DNA from: Octopus vulgaris
Taxonomy: Eukaryota
Assembly: GCA_951406725.2 (NCBI GenBank)
Contig: OX597831.1
Location: 43,090,001 to 43,154,000 of the forward strand
Reading direction: 5' to 3'
Length of the DNA stretch: 64,000 nucleotides
Within the stretch, counting starts at the first letter, position 1, and each line of letters starts with the position of its first letter. A program made the translations under genes and the position numbers. Of the stretch, positions 40,016 through 53,170 are shown one piece after another. The notes below the pieces were generated by a model, which made no database searches, was not told the DNA's origin, and saw nothing but the letters and a program-made list of their open reading frames with translations.

Positions 40016-42185
40016 TTTACAAGGCCTCTACTTCCTAGGTCGAATAATTTTCTAAACTGATCTAAATTAGTTTCTGCCCGAGTTACAAACCCTAATCCTC
40101 ACCACTTTTCTTTTTGTTCCCTGTCCCTTCATTCGTTGCCCTTGTGGCAAATAAATTAACTCCGTTTCGAACCAGAATCTCGGTCCATCATTGGCTTTTC
40201 GGACCCCTAAATATTACAAGGCAAGATGGTGAGCAGCCCTCATCGACTTTTCAATTTTCACGTAAAAAGGAAGGTAAAAATGAAGACGAATACGAAGTTC
40301 ACCTGTAAATGTATCAAAGGTAGGTAAGAGTGGGGTGTAGGGATCGAATGAATGTGTTTACTTTCGCCATGCACTTCTCGGCCCAGGAATACAGCTGAGA
40401 GAGAGCACTTAGACTTGATATTCAGAATATTTTCAGATCCTTGATTGTTCCCAGGTGGCGAAACTTCTCTGGAGAGTCTATCGTATTTCTCTAACATTTG
40501 CACAACCACTTTTATGTTTATTCATTCGATTTTTTTTTAACCACCAGCCCTTATAGCAATGTTCTGCAATGTCTTGCAGTGTCCCCTTATTCATGCGAAT
40601 ACGAGATGGGGATAATTGAACGATAAACTGATTTTCTGAGAGGCATACAAGATTCAGAAAAAGACAATTTTGTGCTTTCCGAAAAAGAAAGTAATAACTT
40701 GAGCGGTTTTGTCAAAACTGCTGTCAACATCGAATGTTTAAATATGGATAGAATACAGTCCCATAGTTATGGAAAACTTATATTTACAAGGCCTCTACTT
40801 CCTAGGTCGAATAATTCTCTTAAGAGAGAGCAAGAAGAGAACTGATCTAAAGTTGTCTCATGAAAGGAGAGGAACTTCTGTGTCCTTGAAAAGCCTGCTC
40901 AGGTAATCTCCAGCACATCTCTGAACTATCGTCTTATACATAGAGAGAGAGGTTGGGGCAAAGCCTATGGCACTGAGTCCGGACTTTCAAGGCCTAGGGA
41001 GATGCGAGGTACCAAGAAGAGATTTTGTACGAATTAACCACTCATAAGTTTGTGCTCCAGGATATGGAACAGCGTAATAGAAAGGTGACAATCAGGAATA
41101 TAGGAACTGACATTGAACCCTGGTTCGTAGCAACTCTGTAGTGCTATATGAGTGGAGGATAAGTGCACAAGTAATGAGGAAAACCATGTGATCGGGAGGG
41201 GTCACCATAAGAGTCCTTATAACTCTTCAAAACCAGGGACTTGTATCTAGGCGAGGAAGCAAATACAAAGTGTGTGAGAGTTAGGGAACAAGGCAAATAC
41301 CTAGTTGTTATAGCTGTGGCAGTAAGATCCACTAGGAGGGCTTTTTGCCTTGAAGAGCTGGCGAAGAGGAATAGAAGGAAAAGCAGTGAGGGGCAGCAGG
41401 TCTTAACCTCCAGGTCACCGTTGTTCACAATTTCGGAGTATACTGTTCCAGCAGTGTCGCTAGTCGAACCACCAATTATGGTTCCGAAGGCTGCTGGAAA
41501 ACTGCTTTGCCCTCAGTTTCAGAAGCGAATAACGACAGAGCTTCTACCCGAGCAGTACTGTCTCATCATTTTATGAGAACCAGATGGGGATGGAAAACGA
41601 GCAAAAGAGGCAAATTGCCACTGAGAGCATCAAAGGTAAAACGAGAAGACTTCAAAGAAGAAATATTTACCTGATCACAGGTCTGCCCAATTAGAGTCCG
41701 CCTAGGGCTAAACCACCAACACCACCACCACTACTATCACCACCACCATCATCGCAACAACTGTTACTACATATTTCATCGATTAATTCACTAAGGAGAT
41801 AACACATTCGATTATATTCGTATTAAACCTGTTAGATTTTCCTTGTATTTGATAACAGTGAAGTGGCTAGAGTTTTATGACAGAGGATGCGTATATAATT
41901 AAAATACGTTAACAGGTAGATGCTTATAGCATATCGATTTTAATCTCATCACAACTAATACACAAATAAGCAAAGAACCGAATTTAAGGAAATATTCTTA
42001 AACACTGACAACTTAATCCTGTTTAAGCTTCATATTTGTGTCCAAGCAATTGTCTTCTTTATCGAACTAATTCACAGGTGTTGTGGACTTCATAAATCTC
42101 CGTTAAATAAAATTGAATATTTTTTTTTAGATATTTTAAAGAATTTCATAAAGCTTACATAATCCCTTTGTCAAGAATATTTTTC

Positions 42186-42222
42186 TATATAAAGAGAAGT
42201 CTGTTAGTCTGTGGTACATTCT
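42186..42222 (+). promoter_or_regulatory. Candidate TATA box and initiator of the VWD gene
   Basis: TATAAA at 42188-42193 and a CATTCT Inr-like element about 30 nt downstream (A at 42218), 25 nt before the ATG. Confidence 0.5.
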
Positions 42223-42242
42223 TCTTTCAGTGAATTCTCACC

Positions 42243-42297
42243 ATGAAGATTGTATTGCTCCTAGCTAGCTGCTTGTGTGCCGTTGTCTTCTGTCAGG
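42243..42297 (+). CDS. Exon 1 (signal peptide) of a secreted PAN-PAN-EGF-VWD-C8-TIL protein (FCGBP/zonadhesin-like)
   Basis: caccATG context; translates MKIVLLLASCLCAVVFCQ (basic residue, hydrophobic core, polar end); donor G|GTAAGT at 42298, phase 1. Not in the ORF track. Confidence 0.85.
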
Positions 42298-42322
42298 GTA
42301 AGTAGAATTTTGACTCGGTAGA

Positions 42323-42636
42323 ATTTGGAACCTCGATTTCCGAAATTAATTCGTTCCTGAAGGTCGTTCGTCACCCGAAATGTTCGTGCACTGAAGCTAT
42401 TTTTCCCATAAGTAATTCAAGAGAAGGCATAGCGAATTCGAGCGGGTATGTACACTGAGCCAAAGTTAGACAACAACTAACACTCCTGATACTTCCAGCT
42501 TTGTCGCCAACCGTTGTTCCTGGCTTGCGTGTTTGTTATTCGAGACACCGTTCATCACCCGAGACTTTACGTATGAAAAATTGTTCGTAAATCGATTTGT
42601 TTGCGATGAGAGGCGTTCGTAAACCGAGGTTCGCTG
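42323..42636. mobile_element. Degenerate Tigger-like MITE at the start of intron 1
   Basis: GGAACCTCG... and ...CGAGGTTCGCTG|TA ends with repeated TTCGT subterminal motifs. Confidence 0.5.
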
Positions 42637-42973
42637 TATTTCTTTCATGTGTGACTAACACACGATAGGTAATGCAAGAAGTGACAAACTATGTTCACGT
42701 TTAGTCGACACAACATGACTTCTACCCTCTTCTCAAGCCAGTTTTTTTTATCTTTCACTTCTGTCTTTTACTTGTTTCAGTCATTGGACTGCGGCCAGGC
42801 TGGGGCATCATCTTGAAGGGTTTAGTCGAACAAATCGTTTCCAGTACATTTTTAAAGTTTTGTATTTACGCTTTTGGTCTTTTTAGCAGAGCCAACTGCT
42901 CCGTTACAGAGACGTAAACAAACAACGACACAAAGACAGACAGACAGACACACACACTCACACCTACACAGGT

Positions 42974-43008
<35 letters not shown>

Positions 43009-44426
43009 CTATATACAACGGGTTTCCACACAGTTTCCGTCTATCAAATTCACTCACAAAGCATTGGTCAGCCCGGGCATATAACGGAAAACAGACGCCC
43101 AAATTGCACGCAGTGGGACTGAACCAAAACTATGCGGTTGCAAAACATGCTTCTTAACCATAGCCAAGCCAGACTAGAAATTGCCGAGCTCAAAGAAAAT
43201 TCTTGAATAAGAGACTGGCAGATTCCAATGGCAGTAAAGTGTTCTTTTATCCTTTACTTATTTCTGTCTTCAGACCGTGGCCATGCTGGGGTACCGCTTT
43301 GAAGAATTTTAGTCAAACGGATTGACCCCAGTGCTTATTTTTTTAAAGCCTGGTACTTATTCTATCGGTATCTTTCGCCGAAGCTTTAAGTTACGGTTTG
43401 TCAAGCGGTGGGAGAGGGGACAAATATACACACACACACACACACATACGACAGGCTTCTTTCAGTTTCCGCCTACCAGATATGATCACAAAGCCCTGGT
43501 CAGCCCGACGCTACAGTAGAAGATACTTGTTCAATGTGCGGCGCAGTGGGATTGAACCCGGAACTAAGTGGTTGAGAAGCAAACTCCTTACCGGGACATC
43601 AGGCCTGACGAGTAGGCAAGTGAATATCGATATCGTGTCCTGCTACCAATGCGAACGGCATGGTTCTTCTATGAGTAATTTCTACAAAGTTTGTAAGACG
43701 TGAAGATGCAAGATCTTAGTATATATAAGTTAAAATAATTTCCCCAATAATAGATTATAATATTAGGCAAGTCATTCACCTCTGATGCAGACAGTCTGAA
43801 CTTCAATTGGACTAGCTAGATATTTTACGATTTTATAACAAAGTCGATACCAATTTTATTATTAACAATTACTCATGTACTAAGTGAATATATAAGTACT
43901 TGTTAAGTACATTAGATGCGGTTAGGTTTATGGCATATCTGATGAGGATTTCATAAACTTGCTGTGACGATTTTCCTGTGAGAGAAACCTATAATAATTA
44001 AGAATTTTTATCAAGAGAAATGAGAGAACCTTTTTCATTCAAAAGGGTGAAAACTAGAATAAGCTCGGGAATATTTCTGTTATAATGCAAGCGGCTTGCT
44101 ACTTTTGTGAAGAGAGTGTCCTGACATCCAACAAGGTTAAAAACAAGACCCTGTTGAAAGGTAGATGAGTTTCCTGTGAGCCAACGGTCATTCAGTCGGG
44201 AAAGGCAATGACAAACTACCCCAGTATCTCTGTTAAGGAAGCAGCATGACAAGGGCAGAACGAGGTAACGCTATAGCTTCATCCGATGGGAGAGCTCGCG
44301 CTTATCGGGAAAGTTTTCGTTGAAATATCATCAACGTGCTGCAAAAGCGCACGATACATGACGACGACTAAGGTAAGGGGACGTAAGCAAACTAACATTG
44401 TTTGTCAAGCGTGTATTGGGGAAAGT

Positions 44427-44745
44427 GTGAAGGCGTATGGCTCAGTGGTTAGAGCGTCGAGCTTATGATCGTGAGGTTGTGAGTTCGAATCCTGGACCGG
44501 GTTGCATGTTGTGTTCTTGAGTAAGACACTTTATTTCACGTTGCTCCAGTTCACACAACTGTAAAAATGAGTTGCGACGTTACAGGTGCCAAGCTGTATC
44601 GGCCTTTGCCTTTCCCTTGGATAACACTGTTGGCGTGGAGAAGGGAGTCTGGTATGCATGGGCGACTGCTGGTCTTCCATAAACAATCTTGCCCAGACTT
44701 GTGCCTGGGAGGGTAACTTTCTAGGTGCAACCTTATGACTGAAAG
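44427..44745 (+). mobile_element. tRNA-derived SINE family D
   Basis: TGGCTCAGTGGTTAGAGCG (A box), GAGTTCGAATCC (B box), then TGTGTTCTTGAGTAAGACACTT core; degenerate relative at about 53455-53620. Confidence 0.75.
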
Positions 44746-45345
44746 AGGTTTCAACTGATTGGGGGAAGCATAAAGACATGCACGAACTCTCTCTCTCACA
44801 CACACACGACGGACTTTCACAGTTTATGTCTACCAAATTCACTCACAGGGCATTGAGTAAGTGTATCGTAGATGACATTTGTCCAAGATGTTGCATAGTA
44901 GGAACTGAACCAGAAACCGAGGCCGTTGCGAAGCTAACTTCTTGACCACACAATCATACCTTCGTTATGAGAGCAATGATAATATATGTAGGAGCATTCA
45001 TTTTGGGAAAGATGCGATGCACTTTACAATGCGCTTTATCCATGAAGAAACGAGTGACTTCCTTCGTCAACGTAGTGGATGCAATAGCCCACATATCGTA
45101 TTTGATAGCATAAAAGACGTACGGGTAAGGGCTTATAAGACTCATCCCAATTTCAACAGCGCATATTCAGGAGAAAAATGAGCGTCAGGAATAGAATCAG
45201 CTTATGGAAGACCCAACTTCGAATATAAGACGTGCGTTTTTAAAAGGAAAATTGTATTTTATTTACCCTCAAAAAACGGTAATTTAAAATTCAAGAAGAG
45301 TTTATAATCGTCAAGTTTGTTCGCATTAATATCTTCACTGCAGCT

Positions 45346-45710
45346 CAATGGTTCCCGACCATTTTTTTTATCTATGGACCCCTCTGATTATTATTCTCTT
45401 CTGGTGGACCCATGTGGCCATTCAATATTTACAAACTTATTTTATAGATACTTATAATAATAATAATGAAATTATTGTATATAGTGCTCAGGTGCACCAC
45501 AACTTCTTTCAAAATTCCTATTTCGCACATCAATTTGTGTAGGCTGAACTATGTAAAACGTTTGAGAAAGAAACCTCGCTGTTTCCAGCAATAAATGCAT
45601 CTGAATCAAAATATTTTCATTGACCTTTGATATACTACTGTGAGTCCCCAATTTATTACTTCACTTGCGTGGACCCTAGGAGTCATATGGATCCCGGTTG
45701 AGAACCACTG
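45346..45710. mobile_element. hAT-like MITE
   Basis: CAATGGTTCCCGACC ... GGTTGAGAACCACTG termini, GGACCC subterminal repeats; TSD decayed. Confidence 0.6.
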
Positions 45711-45841
45711 CAGTAACTAGTTTTATTAAAATCTAGAACCTCTCTTGGATTTTATTACCATTCTTGCTGGTAAAAATCCTAACTAAATTTTATGTAATTT
45801 AGGAGAGTATTGTAGTTCGCTTGAAGCATTGTGTATTGTTT

Positions 45842-46402
45842 GTAAAGAATAAAATACTTTGAATGACACAACAATACACTATCATAAAAACAATGGACTA
45901 TAATAACTGTTGTAATTTAATCATTCATAGTCTGATATAATATTTCAGAATAAAAATTCCTCCTTCTGATATCCCTAGGAATTGATGGAGTCGCTGCTAT
46001 CTCTAATCGGTTTTCCAACAGCCTTTCTTTCTTTTTTTCCCGGAAGCGTCTCAGCAGTGATCTCACGAAGCTCCTTCCAGAATTCCTCATGAGAAGTGCG
46101 TGAGGTCGGCCATATCCTAATCTCGTGTGTGCCGGCACATCCTTAGCGCTGCTTCTAAGTTATGTGTTATGTGTGCAGCTTCCTTTTTTTCACCTTCTCC
46201 TTTTTTTCTCTTTTTTTTTTGTTATAAATAATACTCTTTTACTTGTTTCAGTCATTTGACTGCGGCTATGCTGGAGCACCGCCTTTAGTCGAATCAGATC
46301 GACCCCAGGACATATTCTTTGTAAGCCTAGTACTTATTCTATCGGTCTCTTTAGCCGAACCGCTAAGTTACGGGGACGTCAAGCGATGGGGGGGGGGGGG
46401 AC

Positions 46403-46450
<48 letters not shown>

Positions 46451-46891
46451 AACATATATATGACGGACTTCTTTCAGTTTCCGTGTACCAAATCCACTCA
46501 CAAGGTTTTGGTCGACCCGAGGCTATAGTAGAAGACACTTGCCACGCAGTGGGACTGAACTCGGAACCACGTGGTTGGTAAACAAGCTACTTACCACACA
46601 GCCACTCCTGCGCCTATAAAAAATTGTGACCGGACAGCCATGAGACTCGAGCTCACATCCCTGTGATTACGCGTCAAGTGCTTTATCCTTTAAGCTAAAC
46701 ACATGAGCTTGTTATCAAAAACGAGCCTACACGCATCCAGATGTAGCTAAATAATATATTGATTACCAGCCTCCAGCCTGTTGTTAATTTGGGGCCCTAG
46801 TCTGGGTATAGACTATGGATGATTAAATTACAACAGTTATTGGTTTGTATGATAGTGCATTGTTGTGTCATTCAAAATATTTTATTCTTTA
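45842..46891. mobile_element. Unclassified element with about 90-bp terminal inverted repeats, containing a SINE and a tRNA-like segment
   Basis: GTAAAGAATAAAATA.TTTGAATGACACAACAAT.CACTATCATA (45842-45932) is the reverse complement of 46810-46891. Confidence 0.6.
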
Positions 46892-46956
46892 CGTAATTTA
46901 TCTGTTTATATGTTGTTTTCTTTTTTTAATTTTTTAAAAACTTTTTTTTACACTAG

Positions 46957-47037
46957 ACACTACGTCCGATGGATTGAACCGTTATCGAAGGGAAATTAAG
47001 TATGATAGTTACTTAATGAACGTTGCAATACCTGGAA
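46957..47037 (+). CDS. Exon 2: short pro-segment with RYRR furin-type site
   Basis: T-rich acceptor ...ttttttacactag|, 81 nt, phase 1-1, (D)TTSDGLNRYRREIKYDSYLMNVAIPG, donor A|GTAAGT. Not in the ORF track. Confidence 0.72.
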
Positions 47038-47271
47038 GTAAGTATTCCTGCCTTCCTTTCTCTCTTCTTGCTGCTCTCCCTTCTTTCTTTCTTTCATTTC
47101 TTTCCTTTCTTGGGGGCCTTTCTTTCTATATGGAGTCGTAGAAGCATTGTCGTATTATATACAGCTTGTCTCAGCATCGGGTGGGGGGACGGCATTTTAT
47201 AAACCTGGTTGAACCTCTTCCTCTCTATGTCTAATCACAGCCGATTTCTCCCAGAGATAGAAAAAATGAGG

Positions 47272-47312
<41 letters not shown>

Positions 47313-49556
47313 ACGCGAGTGAGATAAAGTGAGGTAAAGAGAAAGAATAAGATAGGAATAAAGTGAGAGAAAGAGAGAGAGAGAGGGGAGAAAATAGAGG
47401 GGTTAGAAGATACGGAACTAGTATTGAACTTTATGTATCATTCCGAAAAGACTGAAAAGCAAGTTGACCTCGGCAGGATTTGAACCCAGAGTGCAGAAAG
47501 CCAGAGTAAATGCTGCAATGCATTCTATCCGACACTCTAATGACTCAACCAATTCGCCACAACTATTGTTTTTTTTATTTTTTCCATTTTCTTTTATTTT
47601 TAAAACTAACTGGTCTTAGTCAAAGGAGAAGGGTCAATGTACATGATGCCTGCAGGTTCTCCTCCCGAACTAGTGAGATTAATACGGCTGATGTTCAGTC
47701 CGAACATCTGTGGATCAATATACAAAGAAAAACCTGGACGAAGACGAAAACCGGGGGCGTGGGGAGGGAGTCTTTGGTCCTTGTAATTGCAAGGGTACGC
47801 ACGCAACAACAGGGATCAAAGAGGTTTTTGACTCTTCTACCTTACAACAAGCCTAGGCACTTCGTCTGTTACCACAATGTATCCAGTTGATTCGATCAAT
47901 GGGAACAGCCTGCTCGTGAAATAAACGTGCAAGTGGCTAAGCACTCTACAGACACGCGTACCCATAACGTAGTTCTCAAGGAAATTGAGTGTGACACAAA
48001 ATATGACAAGGCTGGCCCATTGAATTACAGGTACTACTCATTTTACCCAGCTGAATGGGCTGGAGTAACGAGAAGTAAAGTGACTTGCTCAAGCACAAAA
48101 CACGCCGCCAAGAATCGAACTCACGACTTTACGATCGTCAGCCGAGTACACAAAGCCGCGCGCCTTCACTACCTTTAATTAAGAGGCATGATAAAGTATA
48201 GGAAATTTTGTGTCCTTGTATACAAGACCCCAGAATTATTTTCTCTCTTGACTCTCATCTCTGATGCATTGGCAGGGTGACGAGTTCGCAAAATCGTTAG
48301 CATGTTATGAGTTCAAATTCCGCTAAGGTCAATTTTGTTTTCTCGTTATTTAGGGTCGGTGTAAACGATTAACAGCTTCCCCAAAAATCGTTGGCCTTGT
48401 CCCAAATTTTGAAACAATTATTACTTTTGAATCTGAGAAAATATTCCTTAGAATATAATTCGCTGACTTTCGTACAATAACGGAGCCTAACTAGAATTAA
48501 GATTAAAACCGGTTCTCGTATGTCAGATCAGTGCATCTCAGGGATTCTTTCATCTTTACCAAATTAAAAGAAGCTTATAAATTCATATACTAAAAGAACA
48601 TGGCCTATTTCTTCTTCACTTTTTCTATACACGCCAAACCAGAGAAGTTTTATTTTTTAATTCTCTTTTTATTTTCTAATTTACTCACGTGTTCGTCTGA
48701 ACGGATTCTTATGTCATGAACGCTGTTGAAAGTTTCTTTTTCAGCCGAAACAGTGCAAGGCTTCTACCAACTATTGGTCATTTCAAGAACTGTATGCATT
48801 CATTTGGATAATTTCTATCCATGTTCTTACACAAGGGATCTTAATAATACTGTATAGTTCTTGTTGACAAGTTTCCCTACGCATTTGTGCGCAGAAGCTT
48901 TACAAACACTTTGTAATCTTTCTTTTTTTTTTTCATCTTTTACTTGTTTCAGTCATAAGACTGCAGTACCACCTGGAAGATATTTTTAGTTGAACGAATC
49001 GACCCCAGCCCTGTTTTTCTTTTTTTAAGCCTAGTACTTATTCTAGCTGTTTCTGTTGACTATTAAGTTACAGGGACATAAACACCGGTTGTCAAGTGGT
49101 GCAATGGGGAACACATACACGCACGCGCACGATAGACTTCTTTCAGTTTTTGTCTACCAAATCCACTTACAACGCTTTGGTCGGCCCGAGGCTATAGTAG
49201 AAGACACCTGCCCAATGTGCGACGCAGTGGGACTGAACCCAGAACCATGTGGTTGGGAAGGAAGCTTCTTACCACACAGCCACGCCTGCTGCTATTGTTA
49301 ATAAAATTATTCTGATGTATAGTGACCCCTTTGTCCATTTACTTTAGCCTATATTACAAATACCATTTTAAAGAATAATCGTCTATTCGGCCCTCAAGAT
49401 CTAGTTTGACCTCTCGAATGGCTACCCAAGTCAGTTTAACCAATCAGCACGAGCTTCCCCTTTATTGTTTTCTCATATCGATATCAAAACCTGGAAGGCG
49501 GTGGTGGCAGAATTATTACCGCTCTGGGCAAAATGCTTACTGGTATTTCGTCCGCC

Positions 49557-49835
49557 GGATCTTTTCCCTTTCAATGGCAGATCGAGAAATTAATTTTTTG
49601 TAACTAAACACTTTCAAACTTCGGACACTGGTACAATGTGTCATATAAAACATCTTTTACTCTTAGCGTTTTTGAGAAAAGTTTATATTTACGAAGTTAT
49701 TTTATGTTAAAGTAGTCGTATTTCGGTAATTTCAACCAATCAATGACATAGTTTTATATGATACATTCTACCAGTGTCCGAAGTTCAGTTACAAAAAATC
49801 AATTTCTCGATCTGCCGTTCAAAAGGTAAAAATCC
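49557..49835. mobile_element. Shorter MITE related to 18524-19332, inserted in a SINE
   Basis: GGATCTTTTCCCTTTCAATGGCAG ... CTGCCGTTCAAAAGGTAAAAATCC; flanks CGTCCGCC / CGCCCGCC. Confidence 0.8.
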
Positions 49836-50065
49836 CGCCCGCCTATACGTTCTAGGTTCTGGTCGACTTTACTGTTCATCCTTTCGAGATCGATAAAATA
49901 AGTATCAGTTGAGCACTGGTGTCTATGTAATCGACTTACTTCCTTCTCCGAAATTGCTGGCCTTCTGCCAAAATTTGAAACCTTTGATTTGAAAGGGGAA
50001 AAAACCCCTAGAGATTGTGTGTTCTTTGCTATTTTTTTTCATTGTTTGTTTTCTTCTTCTTCCAG

Positions 50066-50305
50066 GTGTCATTACGAAAACATGGTTTATTGAAGTCAAG
50101 CACTGTTACATACCAATCCACACCTATATCGACATTCACAGAAACAGTTCGCTCACAGAGTGTGCCTACCAATGTCTTCTTACGCACGGCTGTCGGTCAT
50201 TCGAATTCGGGAGAAAGCTCAACAACTGTTTCCTCTCTCACCACAACGGGCAACAAACCAAGGCCAAATACAGCTACTATAGAGATTTCTACCAGTTACT
50301 AAACC
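50066..50305 (+). CDS. Exon 3: PAN/apple domain 1
   Basis: Acceptor ttcttcttcttccag|, donor C|GTAAGT, 240 nt, phase 1-1; SLTECAYQCLLTHGCRSFEF...NNCFLS...RDFYQ fits the PAN C-x3-C-x5-C-x-S-F-x-F...C-x-L pattern. Confidence 0.9.
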
Positions 50306-52089
50306 GTAAGTATTCTAGAATTAAACTATTCTTAACATATTTTGTAGAGGGATTATTAAAACAACTATCGCAATATTAATCATTGAGTAAGGCGGCGAGC
50401 TGGCAGAAACGTTAGCACGCCGAGCGAAATGCTTAGCGGTATTTCGTCTGCCGTTACGTTCTGAGTTCAAATTCCGCCGAGGTCGACTTTGCCTTTCATC
50501 CTTTCGGGGTCGATTAATTAAGTACCAGTTACGCACTGGGGCCGAGGTATTTCGTCTGCGGTTACGTTCTGAGCTCAAATTCCGCCGAGGTCGACTTTGC
50601 CTTTCATCCTTTCGGGATCGATTAAATAAGTACCAGTTACGCACTGGGGTTGATATAATCGACTTAATCCGTTTGCCTGTCCTTGTTTGTCCTCTCTGCG
50701 TTTAGCCCCTTGTGGGTAGTAAACAAATAGGTATTTCGTCTGCGTTCTGAGTTCAAATTCCGCCATAGTCGACTTTGGTAGCGAACTGGCAGAATCATTA
50801 GCACTCCAATGTCCTGAGTTCAAATTCAATGTCTTCAAGTCCTGTGTTCAACTTCCGCCGAGGTCGACTTTCGGGGTCGATAAATTAAGTACCAGTTACG
50901 CACTGGGGTCGATGTGATCGACTTAATGTCCTTGTTTGTCCCCTCTATGTTTAACCCCTTGTGGGCAATAAAGAAATAAGAATCGTTAGCAGGCCGGGTA
51001 AAATGCTTAGCAGCATTTCATCTGTCTTTACTTTCTGAGTTCAAATTCCACCAGTGTCGATTTTGCCTTTCATCCTTTCGGAGTCGATAAACTATCAGTG
51101 CAACACTGAAGTCAATGTAATCGACTTAACCCTCCACGAAATTTCTGGCCTTGTGCCGAAATTTGAAATCAGTATTTAGCATTGAGTAGCATTATCTATG
51201 ATATTCTTTTCTATTCTAGGCACAAGACCCGAAATTTTTAGGGAGGGGATCAGTCAATTAGATTGACACCAGTACGCAACTGGTACTTAATTTATCGACC
51301 CCGAAAGGATGAAAAGCAAAGTCGACCTCGGCGAAATTTGAACTCAGGAAGTAAAGACAGGCGAAATACTGCTAAGCATTTCGCCCGGCGTGCTAACGTT
51401 TCTTATTTCTTTATTGCCCACAAGTGGCTAAACATAGACGGGACAAACAAGGACAGACAAACGGATTAAGTCGATTACATCGACCCCAGTGCGTAACTGG
51501 TATTAATTTATCGACCCCGAAAGGATGAAAGGCAAAGTCGACCTCGGCGGAATTTGAACTCAGAACGTAAAGACAGACGAAATACTGCTAAGCATTTCTC
51601 CCGGCGTTCTAACGTTTCTGCCAGCTCACCGCCTTCTTTATCTAGGACATTATTAAGGCGGTGATTTGGCAGAATCGTTAGCATGTCAGATAACGCTTAA
51701 CGGCATTTCTTCCGGGTTTACGCCCAGAGTTCAAATTTTGGCGGGGTCGACTTTACCCTTAATTCTTTCGAGATAGATAAAATAAGTACCAGTTGAGTAC
51801 TTGCATCAATGTAATCGACTATTCCTTTCCCAGCAAATTCCAGGCGTTGGTCCTATAATAGAAAGAATTATCTGTGTTATTCTGTTTCTCCCCACAAGAG
51901 TTCGAGTGTTATGCTTAACTATGGAACTAAATCAAAGACTATAATCGAATTCTTTTTAACGTAACGAGAGAAGAATTTTGCGCGTTTAACAATGAAATCA
52001 AAGACATTGTGGCAATCTTTAATGTAACAAACAAAAGTTATCCATCCGTCTTCTCTGCATACTATTCGTAGGAGGGTTATGAATGTAGT

Positions 52090-52310
52090 GCTCAGGTTAT
52101 CTCCTGTATAGGGTCCTATCAGAAGCAGCCGTCATTATACTTTCCGGCTGGATTCCCTTGTGACCAACTAAGGCTATGGGCATTTTCCAGCCATCTCGTT
52201 CTTGGTCTACTCTTTTGGTCTCCTGCCTGTTGGCTCGGCTTAAAGGATCCGTCCTGCAGTTCTTTCCCGCAGCGTTCTAATCACAATGAGGGGAAATAGC
52301 GGCTCAATTT
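52090..52310 (-). mobile_element. RTE-clade LINE 3' ORF relic
   Basis: Across frameshifts the - strand reads PTGRRP..RPRTRWLE...SW..GIQPE....ASDR. Confidence 0.55.
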
Positions 52311-53170
52311 GGAGAAATTTCCGGATCTTTCAACTACACAACTCATCTTGTAACCTTACTCTAGAAATCTTTAAAAATAAGGATATTCAAAACATGGGAT
52401 ATTTCCTCGGATCCTGCTGGCTTTAATTATCTCGCCTAGTGTGTGAGATAATTCCAGATCTTTGGATCTTTATTATGTCCTCAACAGCGAGCCATAGACT
52501 TCACCATATCTGCCAGAGTAAAACAGGAGGAATTATTGAGTAAACCAGCAAGAATATAGGCTGTCAACGTAATCAAAAAGAATTGTTCAAATAATTACTT
52601 GACTCTCTCTCTCTCTCTTTGATAATATGATTACTCGTATTTATAGCTAGTTATCAATGACAAAGTGACCAGTTCTGGTGATCTTAGATAACAAATATAA
52701 ATATCTGATACCTAATTTCTCAGCAACAACATAAAATGAAGCAATGTAAATGAAATAAAGTGATCTACCGATTTTAAACCCAACGAAAAGCATGCAGTTC
52801 ATTTGAACTCGTGAACTATTTGTAAGCAATAAGGTGGCGGCAGATCTGCAGAGTCATTAGATCGTTGGTAAAAAAAATACCTTATGTTATTTGTTTTGTC
52901 TCTTTTCGTACTGAGTTCAAATCCTGCCGAAGTCAACTTTCATTTTGATTCCTTCCGGGTTAAGTGAAGTCCGTGCTTTTGTTTCATATTTTTGTTCACC
53001 CTTTTTTTTTCCTTATCATCGTCGTCATCCTCATCACCCTCACCATCAATCATCATCATCATCATTCATGTCGTCATCGTCGTCATCATTCCTGTTTACG
53101 TCGTCAACACGATTTGGAATTTTTACTTTATTGTTTAATTTTTTATTTTTTTTTTTTTTCATTATTCCAG

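Noticed and set aside
40860-41600. Protein-coding ORFs of 94 and 111 aa
   Set aside because: No domain or splice support; more likely a very old LINE relic, which I cannot confirm by eye.
43780-43970. Additional hammerhead cores (CTGATG...)
   Set aside because: There is no correctly placed GAAA or stems I/III.
48745-48857. Extra exon of the VWD gene (tttttcag|..GFYQLL..SYTRD..)
   Set aside because: There is an in-frame stop, no good donor and no PAN cysteine pattern; the resemblance is probably chance.
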